Shown one piece after another: positions 1 through 13,321 of a stretch of DNA of 64,000 nucleotides (the stretch's first letter is position 1; each line of letters starts with the position of its first letter). The stretch covers positions 682,001 through 746,000 of the forward strand of contig CM007992.1 in the NCBI GenBank assembly GCA_002189035.1, written 5' to 3'. Source of the DNA: Utricularia gibba. Taxonomy: Eukaryota; Plantae; Magnoliophyta. A program made the translations under genes and the position numbers. The notes under the pieces were generated by a model, which ran no database searches, was not told the DNA's origin, and saw only the letters and a list, made by a program, of their open reading frames with translations.

Positions 1-1703
1 GAACGGCCTTTGCCAGCTCCATGAAACGAGAGACGGAGAGATTCTGATCGCGGGCTACTTCCGACAGATAGCAGTCGATCAGTTTCCCAACCTTCAACCA
101 AGATCCATGCCCCAGAACGAAATCGCTCTCATTTGCGCTGTTCTTCACCATCTTCGTCTCACAGTTGAGTTCCTGAGATGCAACAAACTTCCCCAACAGT
201 TGCAGAACATGTTCGATATCGTATGTGGTGACCTGAGGTGGCCTTGCAGGGATCAGCAGATCATTGACAGAAGCCTCGTCTAGCTTCAAACTGATGGACT
301 CGATCAGATCTTCCGTATACGAATCACTAATGCCGGTCAAGATCGAAACTTTAAGCAGTTTCAACAAGAAGCTGCAAGAGCATGTAATACCCTTATCAGC
401 AGGAAGCAAGCAGATGATGGTCTCGACCAAAGCTCTGTTCCTGAGAATGTGACTTTCAGAAACCAGTGCATCAACCGTCTCCGGGAGCCATCTGATGGCA
501 TACATCTTGAGCGCCTCCCCGATAACGACGCCGTCCATTCGACCCTTCGCTTTTATCGCAACCATAACTCTCCTGTAGAGCTCAATGTCCAATTCACATA
601 TGTCTTCCACCCACCAATCTTTAGGCACAGACTCTGATTTCCTCAGTTGCTTCACTCCGGTCTGCATTATCTCGCTCAAGGTAGTCGTTCTCCGGTTGTG
701 AGTATAAGACCATGTGATCAGGGAAGGATCAACTGAAGTTTTGGATGCAATGGAGTCAACGCATCTTCCAGCTATTTTCAGATGCTCAGACCAGGGAAGA
801 AGAGACTCAGTTGTCTGAAGAACAATGATGGCATCTTTCCATGCTCGTAAAACACTGGAATTCAGAAACACCTCTATCTTCAAGATGAGGTTTCCTCTGT
901 CAACCTCCTCCGTCATCTCCAGATACTCCGCTGCGCAGCGAATGGCGACGACATTGTAGGCGTTCAGGGTCACTGCTATGCCGTAGCAGAATTTGGCGCA
1001 TACTTCAAACGCCTTTGGACCACCAGGGAAATCAACCAACTGAATTTCATCACTGCCTTCTTCACTGGCTTTAAGAAACAGGCTCTGTAATATACTGCTC
1101 TTTGACAAGAGAGGGAACTGCAAAACCATGAAACAGTTCAGTGAAGAAGGAAACCTTAGAAAACTATAGCACAAGGCATGTGCTCTCCAAAAAACAATCA
1201 CCTTGTGCAGGTAAAACTTAATGTCATCAACTTTTATGATAACATCAGTTTCCAGTTCAGATGACACACACCTGCAAAAATGTTCTCAAAAAGCTGTAAG
1301 TAGTTGACAAGAGACAGAGGGACCATGGAAATTAAGACGCGGGGGTTATTTCATGATACTTGAGTCATCTTCACCAAGCTCAAGTTGGTGTTCAACTTTA
1401 CAGCTGCAATGAACCTTGATCATAAATTCTATGCAACTACAACGGAAGGGAGTCTATTCACACAGCGACCGCTCTGTGAACTGGTCTACAAGTAATGAAA
1501 ACCATGGTTTCTTTTACAGGGAGTGTAGAAGATAGTTAAAAAAAATATGTAGTTGAGAAATGATTGTTCATGATTGAATGGATGCGATCATGTGCGAAAT
1601 TGAAGATAAGAAAACTACAGAAACAAGAACAGATTGGTTACCTTACGCAATTGTCAACGTTTTGAAATGAATCAGGCTTTGATCCCAGTTTCATGAACTT
1701 CAT
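1..1703 (-). CDS. NPY1: BTB/POZ-NPH3 domain protein, NPY/MAB4/MEL clade; 3' part lies beyond the left edge
   Basis: Manual translation. Exon 1 (1703-1642) MKFMKLGSKPDSFQNVDNCVR; exon 2 (~1272-1203) CVSSELETDVIIKVDDIKFYLHK; exon 3 (~1117-1) FPLLSKS...DFPGGPKAFEVCAKFCYG...VDPSLITWSYTHNR...VPKDWWVEDICEL, open to base 1. GT-AG junctions. Assignment to NPY1 versus its paralogs is tentative. Confidence 0.93.
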
Positions 1704-3237
1704 CTTTTGTTGTAAGAGAAAACGAAAACTTTAGCCTCCTGGATGTCACAATGAACACATCACAGCTCAGGAATCAAGAAAGAGAAAACACTTGTACCTT
1801 GTTGAACTTCCACAAATCACACTTCAAAAGGCAAATCCCGGAAAATGTGGCTAAAATATTCTAGAGTTCCAACAAATGTTGGCGAAAACTAGAAAAAAGA
1901 ACAAAAATCTGCAAAGCCAGATCATCACATGCTATGCTGCATGAAGTGACAAAAAAGCTTCATTCTTTTTAACCAGTCCCCTTCCCCCTTTAGACAGAAA
2001 TCTTTGGAACACACAGAAGACAGCAAAACAAGCACAAGAAAACAGAACCCACGAGCAAAAACGCAGGAGCAACCCCAACTTTTTTCCTGAACAACCCAGT
2101 TGAAGAACATGCTCTCGATTCCCGAGCCCAGAAGACAGGAACTAAGCTACAAGACAACAGCACGAAACAGTCTTTTTATCTAACCTTGCTCTTCAATCTT
2201 CACTCGGCACTGCTCATTGCCGGTGCTCCGAGAACTCTTCGTTTCCCACTACTCCAACCAACGAAAGCAAAGCCTGCGTAGCCTGTCGTTGTTCATCGAT
2301 ATATATGATTACACCAATGGCATTAATACGAGAGATGAGTTCGTGTTGATGGCCCACCGACCTCGGAAGACGAAAACTACAGAGAGTTAAATGATCCCAG
2401 CCGCCTTTGGCATTACTCCTGATTCACAAAGATTTTCCCTTCCAACCTCCAATACCCATCCCCGTCATGCTTCTTCTTTATGAACGTGGTTGTGGGGTGA
2501 GGTGGGGGGAGCCGGGGTGCCTGTCCTCACAGCTTTATTATTTATGGGTGTGCGTGTGGGGGAAGGGAAGATAGATAGAAAGCAAGCAAGGCACCCACTC
2601 TGAATCCCTGAGCAACTTGTGTCTCTGCTGTTTTCCGAAGCCCAAAACCCACCACCACCGCCCTTCAAAGAACTCACCTTTCTCCAAAACAAACCAAATA
2701 CCTCGTGAAGACAAAGTACAAGATCGTGCAAGAAATGCAAAACCGGGAAAAAAATGTAAGCTTTGTGTAGCTACAGAAGCAGGTGGGAACAGTGGTTCTT
2801 GGAGCTGCAGCTCTCTGCTTTATGCACGCTAACACGCTTTTTGGAGCCACTTTTGGGGTCATTGTGGGCCACCACCGCAGGGGTATTAATGATGTCACCC
2901 AATTTAATTATCAATTTAACCGAAATGTCATTTTACTTGGTTCGTGCATATTCATCATGCCTTGACGCCCACACCAGTATATTTTTATTATTTTTAAAAT
3001 AGAAAATTTTTACATTTCATGATAAAATTATTTTTTTAAAAAAATAAATATTTGAAATAATTTTTTAATTAACTTATTATAATAAACATCGAATTTTATA
3101 AAAAAAAATAATCTAGTAAAATCATTTAAAATGAGGAAATGAAACGTAAGCACACAAATGATTTCCAGTCGTTCGATTAATCGACGTAGCCAAATTTGGG
3201 ATTTGATCGAACGGTCAGAAACCGTTAATTAAACATA

Positions 3238-3315
3238 TGGGCCTCAGGGATGGATGGGTCTGGTACTGGGCCTGAGCCTCGCGGGTATGCGTTTAGGGAT
3301 GCGTCGACAGGCCCA
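3238..3315. promoter_or_regulatory. Site II (TGGGCY) motif cluster upstream of the proteasome gene
   Basis: TGGGCC at 3238 and 3267 and GGCCCA at 3310, 230-300 bp upstream of the PBF1 ATG; typical of plant housekeeping promoters. Confidence 0.5.
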
Positions 3316-3542
3316 AACGTGTCTAATCGTTTAATTTCTTGGTAATTTTTTTATTTTTCTTTACCATAATATAATATAATATTTATTTATTTTTGGGTTT
3401 ATTGTCTAATTTCTTGAGGGAAAAGAAAACCTCAATGGAAGCAAAAAACATTTCAATTTGGTGAGAATTGATAGACAGATCTTGAAACCCTGAGAAAAAA
3501 ACATTGTTTCTTGAGCATCTGATTCTTGTTCCAAGTTTTGCA

Positions 3543-5322
3543 ATGACAAAGCAGCAAGCAAATTGGTCTCCTTACGATAACAATGGAGGGTAACCTGAAT
3601 CCCACAATTCTTTTTTTTTCTTTTTTTTGATGGAACGGGTGGGCTGAAGGGTTGCTCACAGTGGTGGTTGTTTTCTGTTTCTGTTTTTAGGACCTGCGTT
3701 GCGATCGCTGGAGCTGATTACTGTGTGATTGCGGCTGATACTCGGATGTCAACGGGCTATAACATTCTTACGCGGGACTACTCCAAAATCATTCAGCTGT
3801 AAAGTTTGAATTTTGCTGCTATTCGTTACGAATTTTATTTGTGGTCATAGGTGCTTGATCGGCATTTTGGTTGGGGCGTGATGTGAGGATTTTTAATTGT
3901 TAAACTTTGTCATGGGTATTGATTTGGTGCAGAAATAGTGTGTTCCAGCACCAGACTACAAGATTGTGGTTAAAAAGACAGATGTTTAGTTTATATGGAT
4001 CAATTACCTTAGACCTCTATATATGGGACATCTATTAGTTCAATCTGGGAGCCACGTAAAATAAGGAGTATTAGGGCCTCATAAAGTTTTTGGATACTGA
4101 AATTTTTTTGGTGTTTATGAAAAAATGAACTTTATTGGATTCTAATCAAGTGAGTTTCCTTCAATCCTGCTGGTTGTGCCTGCTTCTTTGTGATCAAGTT
4201 TGACAGTCGCATTTCTTGTTTATTTTTTTATGCATTGTTTTACATAAATCTGCCATGTCAATTTTTGTTGATTGTAGTGATTTTATTCTTGTTAACAATG
4301 CAGAGCAGACAAGTCTGTGATGGCATCCTCAGGGTTCCAGGCTGATGTGAGAGCTCTGCAAAAGGTCTTGTCTGCTAGGCACTCGGTGAGTTATTTCCCC
4401 ATTTTAAAGATGAGAGTTGTGCTCATTTTCTCGACTTTATAATAATTGATGGCGGCCGCTCTCTGAAACCAATATCTGTTATCTGAAATACTTGTTTTCA
4501 TTTGATTGAATGATGTAAATTGCAGCTCTACCAACATCAGCATAACAAGCAAATGAGCTGCCCTGCAATGGCACAGCTTCTCTCTAACACCCTGTACTAC
4601 AAGCGTTTCTTCCCTTACTATGCTTTCAATGTGTTGGGTGGCCTTGACAGTGAAGGTAAGCATGGTATTATTGATCTTGTCGTAGAGAAATCTTTTTGCT
4701 CATGACATGTTTCTTTTATTGGCTAATGAAGGCAAGGGTTGTGTTTTTACGTATGACGCTGTGGGGTCATACGAGAGGGTGGGATACAGTGCTCAAGGTT
4801 CTGGAGCTACTCTTATCACTCCATTTTTGGACAACCAACTCAAGTCTCCAAGTCCTCTGTTATTACCTGCAAGGGTGAGTACTACTATCATTAAGATGAA
4901 TACTCTTGTCATCTGCTTAAGTTTCCTTGTTTTCATGTGCTAATAACTATAATGTACTTCAGGATGCAATTACCCCTCTTTCTCAAACGGAGGCCATTGA
5001 CTTGCTGAAAACTTGTTTTGCGTCTGCCACTGAAAGAGATATATATACGGTATTTTATTCTTCTTCTTTACCAAGTTAACCATGCTAAGCACTACATTTT
5101 TCAGATTTTGTAGCTCGAGCCCCATTGTGAAGTATTATTTACAATATTCCTTGTTAGATGAGATTGACTGCTGTCTCACCCCTTGAACCAACTACACTCT
5201 CCCCTGAATTTCATATCTGAAAGAAGTTTCCTACGTTGTCTTCGCAGGGAGACAGGCTGGAAATTGTCATCTTGAACGGAAGTGGAATAGTGCGCCAATA
5301 CATGGAGCTCCGTAAAGACTAG
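3543..5322 (+). CDS. PBF1: 20S proteasome subunit beta type-1 (beta6), 7 exons
   Basis: Spliced translation [16 protein letters not shown]|[23 protein letters not shown]...[33 protein letters not shown]...[18 protein letters not shown]...ATERDIYT|[10 protein letters not shown]...MELRKD*; all introns GT-AG and in phase. Confidence 0.97.
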
Positions 5323-5732
5323 GGGATGCTAAATGCCCTCTGCTACTTTTCCTACTTTTGCGCCGTGGGGCTTTATGCTTCCTGGTATTTGCTGATTCTT
5401 GAGAATTTTCATTTGGGCAACCGGGTTCCGACATTTACAGATTGGCAGCTTATTTCATGACTACATCTCGGTTTACATATCTTAAGATGTGTTATGTTAC
5501 TCCTATTTTTCCCTGTATGGATGTTATAATTAACTTGTTTCATAGAAAGAACTGCAAAAGATGAAACCAGGCCACCTATACCATCATATCAATTCTGGGA
5601 GAGTCGAGAGGTTGATCAGGAAGATAACTTAAGGCACAGGAGTTCAAATGGGGTGCACCAAATCCTGTGTATTTATGTATGTACAGCACACCCTCCGGAC
5701 CAGATGTTATACATTTGCTTTTTCCAGCAGCT

Positions 5733-8211
5733 TCAACTTGAGGTGTTGTTTTCTTTGTCACCTAAACAACTAGTAGCTGAAGTAGCGGCTGATGTGCAGC
5801 TTCTTTTCTTGAACTCAACTAGAATCATGGTCATGTTATCACAGCCCTCTCCTCCGAGAGTCGATGGTGCCAGGCATTTGTCTAGCACCCGCTCGCAGAC
5901 GGTGGAAAGCTTGCTTTCCTGCATTTAAAGTATGCAGCTAGTTAATGACTCCACTGTGGGGGAGGATGTGAACTTCAGCACAACTTACAGATTTTAGCTG
6001 CTCCCTTACGAAATCTACTAGTTGCTGGCTTGACATGCAGTCCCTTAGAAAGAGGCCAAATATACTTCAGCATAAAAGACTTCCTACCCAAAGAACAGCT
6101 CAGATGTTTGGGATGCTGCTTACCAAACGCCATCGCAGGCTAAGACAAGAAATTCATCGTCGTCACAGAGTTCCACCTGGTCAAAAAAAAAAAAAAACAG
6201 TACTGCATGATCAGATGGCATGTAGAATATGGAAGGAGATGGAAGGAAGCAGCAGCATACAGTGTTTATATCTGGATTTGCAGTGACTATTTGCTTTTCA
6301 GCAGGCAAAAACTTATTCTGCTTGAACTCCATATCCCCTGCAACGAAGACAAATGGATCGAAAGTTAGCTATGATCATGTGGGAAAAGCAGAAATAAAGC
6401 GCACGCACCTATAGCTCTTGCGAGATTTAAGCTGCCATTCACACGGCCTGCATGGATGAAGCCACCAGCTTTCAGGATTCTCTCTTTTTCAACCTCAAGA
6501 TCAGGCTTATGGTCTCTAGAGAGATTGTATGCCTAATGAAAGAAAAGACACTCAGGCTCATCAGGCCAGGTGAATGGATTTTTACAAATATAGCACATTC
6601 AGAGATAGTACCTGGCCGTTACGGGAGATAACACAGCGAGAATCGCCTGCATTAGCCACAACAAGTTGGTTCTCCCTTACAAGAGCAACACAAGCAGTAC
6701 AACCAGATGTTGGCCCAGCAAAATCGGAATGTGGCCCCTGCAGGGAAGGGTGTTTCCAAGCTAAACAGTGGCTGAACTAAAGCGAACAGAGGCTCCAGAA
6801 GGCCATTTGAGTTTCTATGTAAACAAGTTTTTAGAAGTCAAGAACATGCATATCAGGTTGTTCAGTGAGATACCTCTTCAAACGCCCAATCATCAACTTG
6901 GTCATTCTTTTCGGAAGCTTTTGGGGACCATATAAAACCTTCTATCATGCCACTAAACTTGTTGATTTTATCCCCAAGAATTGCCAATTCCCTCCAGCCT
7001 CTTTGACCACGCATCATCTCATCCATCCTGATTCATGAATGCAAAATTTCTAGGCTATTCCTCTCCACAAAAATGTACGTTTTAAAGGGTAACGCTTAGA
7101 AGAAAATGAAATGAGCAGAGAGGTGGTTGTCTCAAACAAATAGTTATAAGAAAGTATAAGTATATAAGGTAAGGTAAGAACAAGCTTGGAGCATAGTGTT
7201 TGAAAGTTCACAAAGCAGTCTTTCGACTTTCAGTTTTCAATGGAGTACTTCAAAAGATGAGACTAAATAGTAATTCACCTTGCAGATAAGCAATTCAGAA
7301 CACGACCAAAAATCAGGTTTCATATCATCCATGAATTAACCACAAGTTCTAAACAGTTGCTGGTTCAGTATCATTTTATTCAAATAACAGAAGCGCAAGG
7401 AAGCTAAGCCTTTCATCATCTACAAGAAAGCCATAAAATCTTTCCAAATAATGCTACTGTTTTTCATCCATAACCAGAAAGGCTCAGAAGAGATGCAGCA
7501 GGATCCAAAAAGTGCAAACTATTAATGAATACCTGAAGAATGCTTTATGAATCGACGCCCCTACATCTCCAGATGAATATGTTTCGTTCTTGAGCACTTG
7601 TTGGTGAAGGTACTTCGCACAGAATTTGGCAACCACCTTCCCTGTGATATCACAGAAAGAGAGATGCTGATATCCAACACATACATTAAATGGAAAAAAC
7701 AACAAAAGAAATTTTGACACCATCCAATAGGCCAAAAATGATAAACGGGGAGAATGGCCTTCTTCGAAGTCTTCAATCCATACACAGAATGACTAAAGAA
7801 AATGCTCCTTGTGCATAGAATCATTCAGCGAATGAAATGGCAACACAAATGCATTCTAGATTCACCTAAAATATTTTATTCAAAAGTGAATTGCGATGTA
7901 CATACCCCCATGGCCATCATATACACCAAAGAAGGATGTGGATGAATCCAAGTGCGGAATAGCTGCATGCTAGAGAAGAAGCGAAGAACCACAATTACTT
8001 CAAACCATAAACTACAAGAGCTATGGATTATGAATTAAAAAAATAAATAACTTGAGTCACAGAAAAATATTCAGGAAATTCAGATGTAGCTTACAGCATC
8101 TTCCATTGTAGCGCGCCATCCTTGCATGGAAGATACACCAAATCTAAGTCTATCATTTTCTCCATCTTCCGACACCTTGTCCGTTTTTGGAGTACTGAGG
8201 TATACACCCAT
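5733..8211 (-). CDS. Protein phosphatase 2C (PPM1G/PP2C60-like), 10 coding exons
   Basis: [39 protein letters not shown]|[22 protein letters not shown]|...[12 protein letters not shown]...[13 protein letters not shown]|DMEFKQNK...[10 protein letters not shown]|DCMSSQQLV...[16 protein letters not shown]; exon phases checked. Confidence 0.96.
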
Positions 8212-9691
8212 CTCAAACTAACTACAAGAGAAAGGGCACATCAAAAGAAATCAGAAAATCTAAAGAAAAAGCAATCAGAAGTGATTTCTCACTCTAATCC
8301 CAAACAATTTTCAGTCAACTTTCTCGATACTTTAAGATCATTCCCTCCAGCCACAGAAATAATAACAAAAAAACAAGAACACCCGCTGAAATGCACTCAA
8401 AACAGCAAATATATAAAGTTCACTCCGACCATTATCTGCACAAAATTCAGTCGCAGAATTACACCAACCTTTCTTTTTCTCTTTACATCCCAAGCCTCAC
8501 CATAATACAAGACAAAAATGAAATCATTTTATCCAGGAACACCAAGCAGCAATCACGATCACAATCAGACCAAAAATTTGCAGAAATACAGATCCTTTTT
8601 TTCTTCTGAATACAAAGCAAAAAAGACTCATCGGATCTCCCCACCTGAACGCAACAAATCCCAATTACCAACAACAAAACAAAAAGTTCAAAGCTTCGGT
8701 ATTAACATAAGCAATACATGAAAAATAAAAGAACCCCTCCACAGTATCCACGATAGAGAAAACGGGTGGATCAGAAAAGTCAATTTAACCAGAAATTGCG
8801 CTGAGATTCTTAGACGACTCCGAGATTCTGAGGTTTTTAGCCTGAAGAGATGCTCAGAATAGCACCCATAAAGGAGTATTGATACCACAAAATTTGATTT
8901 TCCTCCTAACAACAACAGCTACAAAAGTTTCACCCAATCTGCATCTTTAACCGCGAACTGTTTTGGAATACCAAGAACTATTACATCATGGATAAGAAAG
9001 ATCTACGTCCAGTGCAAAAATAATAATAAAAAATTGCAGACTCTTGACTCTCCCCCAAAAAGATAAATTCAAGAACGCGCTTGTTGTGGTAGTTACCGCA
9101 TGGTAAGTGAGTAATGAGCCCACATGAATGCACACCCTAGTCTCCCTTCTCCGATCTCTTACAGACACAAAACTATTTGTTTCTTTCAATGGCGACACAA
9201 ACCTGGTTTCTTGAAATTCACCCCCATTCTGTGTCACTGCAATTGGGTAATCTTTTCAGTATCATGAATTTAACTGTGCAGAAAGATATTCTCCTGCTTA
9301 AAATGTCTAAATCCACATCCCTGTCACCAGAAAATGACAACTAAACAAATATTTTTTATTTTTAAACATTAATATATATTTAAAATACTATTTTATTTAA
9401 TAGATATATTTAAAAAAGATTAAATCTTCTCTAATTAAAAAAATCCAGAGTAAGACAATTGATTAATATTTTATATATTAAATAAACATTTCTTTAATTT
9501 CGAGATTTAATTTAAAAAATTATTTAATCATGTTTTGAAATAATATTATTCATTTTAGACATTTGTTTCATCATTACAAAATTAACACATAAACAATACA
9601 CAGTATACTGGATGGGGAACAACATGCCAGGATTCCAAGTACCCCAACCAACAAATGGAACTTGAAAAAAAAAGCTGTGGATGTGCTCCTC

Positions 9692-11622
9692 CTATCTTGA
9701 GATGCTGGCGTCTTCTTCAACGAGAGAAAGAAGCTCAACGTTGACGGCTTCCTGATCCTCAAACCCCACTTTCGTGTTCAGGATCTCTTCTGGGAGAATC
9801 GCAGAATTGGGATCTGCTCTGGGCACCAGAAACAGCAGAAACAGGGGACTGATCCTCAGAATGTTCCTCACCAGAACAGCCACCCAGAGTTCGCCAAATT
9901 CTGTCCTGGTGACTCCCAGAAGGTGAAGGAGGAGCCCCCCACCCAGGAGGAGGTGAGGATCCCGGCATTGTCGATGGACATCAGCAAGGCGAAGAAGGTG
10001 CCCTCGATGCCTGGGGGGCAGAGCTTCGAGCTCAGGACAAGAAGAGGCATCCACTTGAGCCTGCCTATCATTTGCGACACACTAACATCCATGACAACGA
10101 AGAGGGAGTCGGGGATCCCAAGTTTCAAGTTGAGGCGGAGTATGAGCACCAGGTCTAGCATCCCGGAGGCACAAGACAGGAGTTGTGCCCAGAAGAGGAT
10201 GTCGCGAAAAGGGTAGTTTTTCAGGGCGTACTGATAGAGTATGGCGCCCAAAAGAGAGCCCACGGAGCCGATTGCCATGATGTAACCGATGGTTTGCTGT
10301 GGAGAAGTTAACTCGTTAGTGACAGGTAGAATTACTTGCAGTTGTGGTTGGAATTTTGATTACAGAGTACTACTTGCCTTGGAGAATTGTGGCCCATCCT
10401 TTGCATCTGTTGCCCAATAGAACATTCCTTCTGTTACATCCAGACTTAAGCTCAGACAGAAGTACATGTACACGCATGGCTTCCACACATCTGGGCACTT
10501 CAACGTCTTCCACAATGCTGTAGCGGCCGAGACAACTTTTTGGTTTATCTGATAAAGCAACTCATTTACAGAAGAATCAAGTGATGTACTCAGAGTTATG
10601 AGGTGCTTTTCAAGTGTGAAAATGCAATCAGTTGGAGACACTGCCGTAAGTTTCTATTATTTCATGTATGGAAAGAGAAGGTTATGAACGTTTACCTGCT
10701 CATAAGATAAGCTAAACGCCTGAGATTCCTTGAATGAGAGACCTACAAGTAGCACTAACGTAGATGGTATAGCCAGCAAGCCATACACCCCCTTCAAATT
10801 AGACCAGAACAAGCAAAAACTTATGTTTCAGAAGCTTTTCAACCAACTGCAACAAGTGTTTTCTTGAACAAATGAACCAAACCTGAGACCCAATCAAGTG
10901 AACAAGAATGCCACTGAGTGAAAATCCAATTAGAGATCCAATTGAAGCACTCAAGGCGCACAAACTCTGCATATCTGCTGCTAGTGAAGGATATGCACCA
11001 CTTTTCTGAGCAACACACGCATCTACAGTTACATCAGCAATTGCAACACTCCCACTTCCTGCTGTGAGCAAAAGTATTGCTAACACAATGTGCAAGTCGT
11101 TATCTAGTGATAGCACAGCCATAGCAATGATACCAAGAATACCTGCAACCAAACCAAAATTCAGCATTTACATCACTTCTCCCTAAGCATTTTAATTAAA
11201 GGTAACTGGCGATTTAAGCATAAGATGTGAATTTGAACACTTCATTTACCAGCAAAAACAAAATAAGGTCTTCGGTGATACCCCAAAATGGGAATAAGAT
11301 CAGTGAGAAGACCCCAAAGTGGTTTGACAATCCAAGGTATCGAAGTGATTCCTCTGTAGACCTGAGCCTCGGATGGCTGCACTTTTTGCACATCTTTCAT
11401 GTAATATTGAGTACCCACTTTATTGAAAGCTCCTCCAAGCCCTTGACTGATACCATAAATTACTATAACACCAAAAACGAATGTCCAGTGTAGCTCAATC
11501 GCAAGCATTCTGAACCAAGAAAATGGCGCCGACAAAAAACCCCAGATCCCATTTCTTGGAGGATCAATTTGTTCGAAATCATTAGCGCGAGAAGCAGCAT
11601 CTCCCTGTTCCTCCCCCATCAT
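9692..11622 (-). CDS. Folate-biopterin transporter (BT1 family, MFS); one-base frameshift in the last exon
   Basis: ORFs 11242..11643, 10799..11167, 10360..10641, 9868..10278 and 9692..10054 join into a BT1 protein ([28 protein letters not shown]; [14 protein letters not shown]; [31 protein letters not shown]). Adding one G in the run at 9935-9940 restores [21 protein letters not shown]. Confidence 0.93.
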
Positions 11623-12125
11623 CCAGGACTGGAAATCTCCCAACTAGTTTAGCTTGCCCGTCGGTGTTCCGGAGACATATTCAAAGAGGATTCCGGAAAG
11701 TCAACGCAATAGACACGTTGAAATCCTGGCGAACTTCTGACCGGTGGGAGATCAGTAGGTAGAGCTATAAGAAAACAGAAGAGGCATCAATTGGGTTTTT
11801 GTCTTTGGGTGAGAAAACCCGACCCGGATACCTTGACTCAGCCAATTCACGTTTCTGCTGGAACTGGAAGCTTGAGGACACACGGCCGTCATCGTTGACC
11901 AGGCCAAAGCCACCCCCTTCCAGGCTACCGCATTGTTGGACCTGTTCTAAGCTCAGATTACCAGAGAGAGGGAGAGGTATGTGATTAAAAGAAACTGTTT
12001 ATAGTTTTTTGTTTTTTTTATTCTTTTTTTTGCCCCATTGACGGGAAGGTAATTTTCTAGATTTCTCAACCGTACGACAATCGCCGCCACAGTCGCGACG
12101 GCGCCGAAGCTCGGTAGAGGGGAAA

Positions 12126-13321
12126 ATGGAGGACAAGGCAGCTGCGACGTGTCCTTCACCTACCTCCAGCAATTACGCTAATAAAACTATTCAAGAACTC
12201 GCTATTGAAGGGCATAAACATCTCGAGGAAACAATTGAGGCTGCTTTCTTGATTCTTTCCGCCATGAACGACGAACTCTGCAATCCCAGCCTCTGGTCCA
12301 CTCCGGCCGGCCCTGTTTCTGTCCCCGCCGCTTCCGCCGGCGTTACCCATAGCAATATCCCCGGAGGACCCAGTAATGTGGGCAGTGCCCACCAATCCAA
12401 TGGTGAGGTATCGTCGGATTCCTCTTCATCTGCTTCATCATCTGCGTCTGCCGCGGCTTCTCAGCCTCATCCTCCACATCATAATAGTTTTGATATTGGA
12501 GGAGGGGCTCTCGATGAGGCTAGACTTCAGTATAAGTCCTCGGTTGCTGCCCTGCGCTCCGTTCTAATTGCAGTTCAGAATTTACAAAAGGTGCATTTCT
12601 GGTTTCTGCCCTAGTTTTCAGTTTAACAGTAGGTTGCTGGGATTATGGTCAATATCAGTGAAATTGAATGAATGGTTTTGAACATCTGTGAGTATTGTTG
12701 CCTATAGTTTGATATCTGCTTCGATTTGGATAATTGATTCTCAAGAAAAGTTGTCCTTGTTTACAAACCCCTCATTCTCTCATCATTCCTGTTCACATTC
12801 ACCCTGTTTTTCTTGTGTTACTTGGATCTATGAATTCCATGTGTGGTTCACATTTTCCAAGTTGTTTTTGAACTTGAAAGTGATTTTTATTTCAGACAAG
12901 CTGCATTTGGTAGTACTTGGAAGACATGTTTTTCATAATTGGGCTCAAGATGCAGTTGCCAAGTTTACCTGTTTACCTAGTCATGTAAAAATTGTTCTTT
13001 AAACACCACAGGCTAAGCCAACTGAATCTACAATCACAAGTGCCTCGGCATCACCAGAAGATCAGATGGAAATCGAGAAGCTTGAAGAGAGGGCCTCCAT
13101 TTTAAGGAAGGTACTGATCTTTGTACATGTATATTGATCATACCTTCATCTTCTCGTCTCCCTGATGCTCTTCTGCTCTTAAACTTGTCCATTTACCTCA
13201 TTTTTTTTAAAACAAAAAACAGGAGCTTGCAGACAAGAACAAGCACATCAAGGTTCTCATAGATCACCTTCGCAACCTAGTAGCAGATATCTGTACTTGG
13301 CAGAGTCCTACCTCACTGTGA
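12126..13321 (+). CDS. MED30: Mediator of RNA polymerase II transcription subunit 30, 3 exons
   Basis: [39 protein letters not shown]...[23 protein letters not shown]|AKPTES...[10 protein letters not shown]|[32 protein letters not shown], matching plant MED30. Confidence 0.9.

Noticed and set aside
2620-2625. TGTCTC auxin-response element upstream of NPY
   Set aside because: A single hexamer is expected by chance every few kb, and there is no paired site.
2465-3002. Several 60-91 aa ORFs between NPY and PBF1
   Set aside because: No recognisable motifs, mostly non-ATG starts; better explained as NPY leader and promoter.
8122-9237. ORFs upstream of PP2C as possible conserved uORFs
   Set aside because: They lie in T/A-rich intron-like leader sequence and match no conserved peptide uORF I know.
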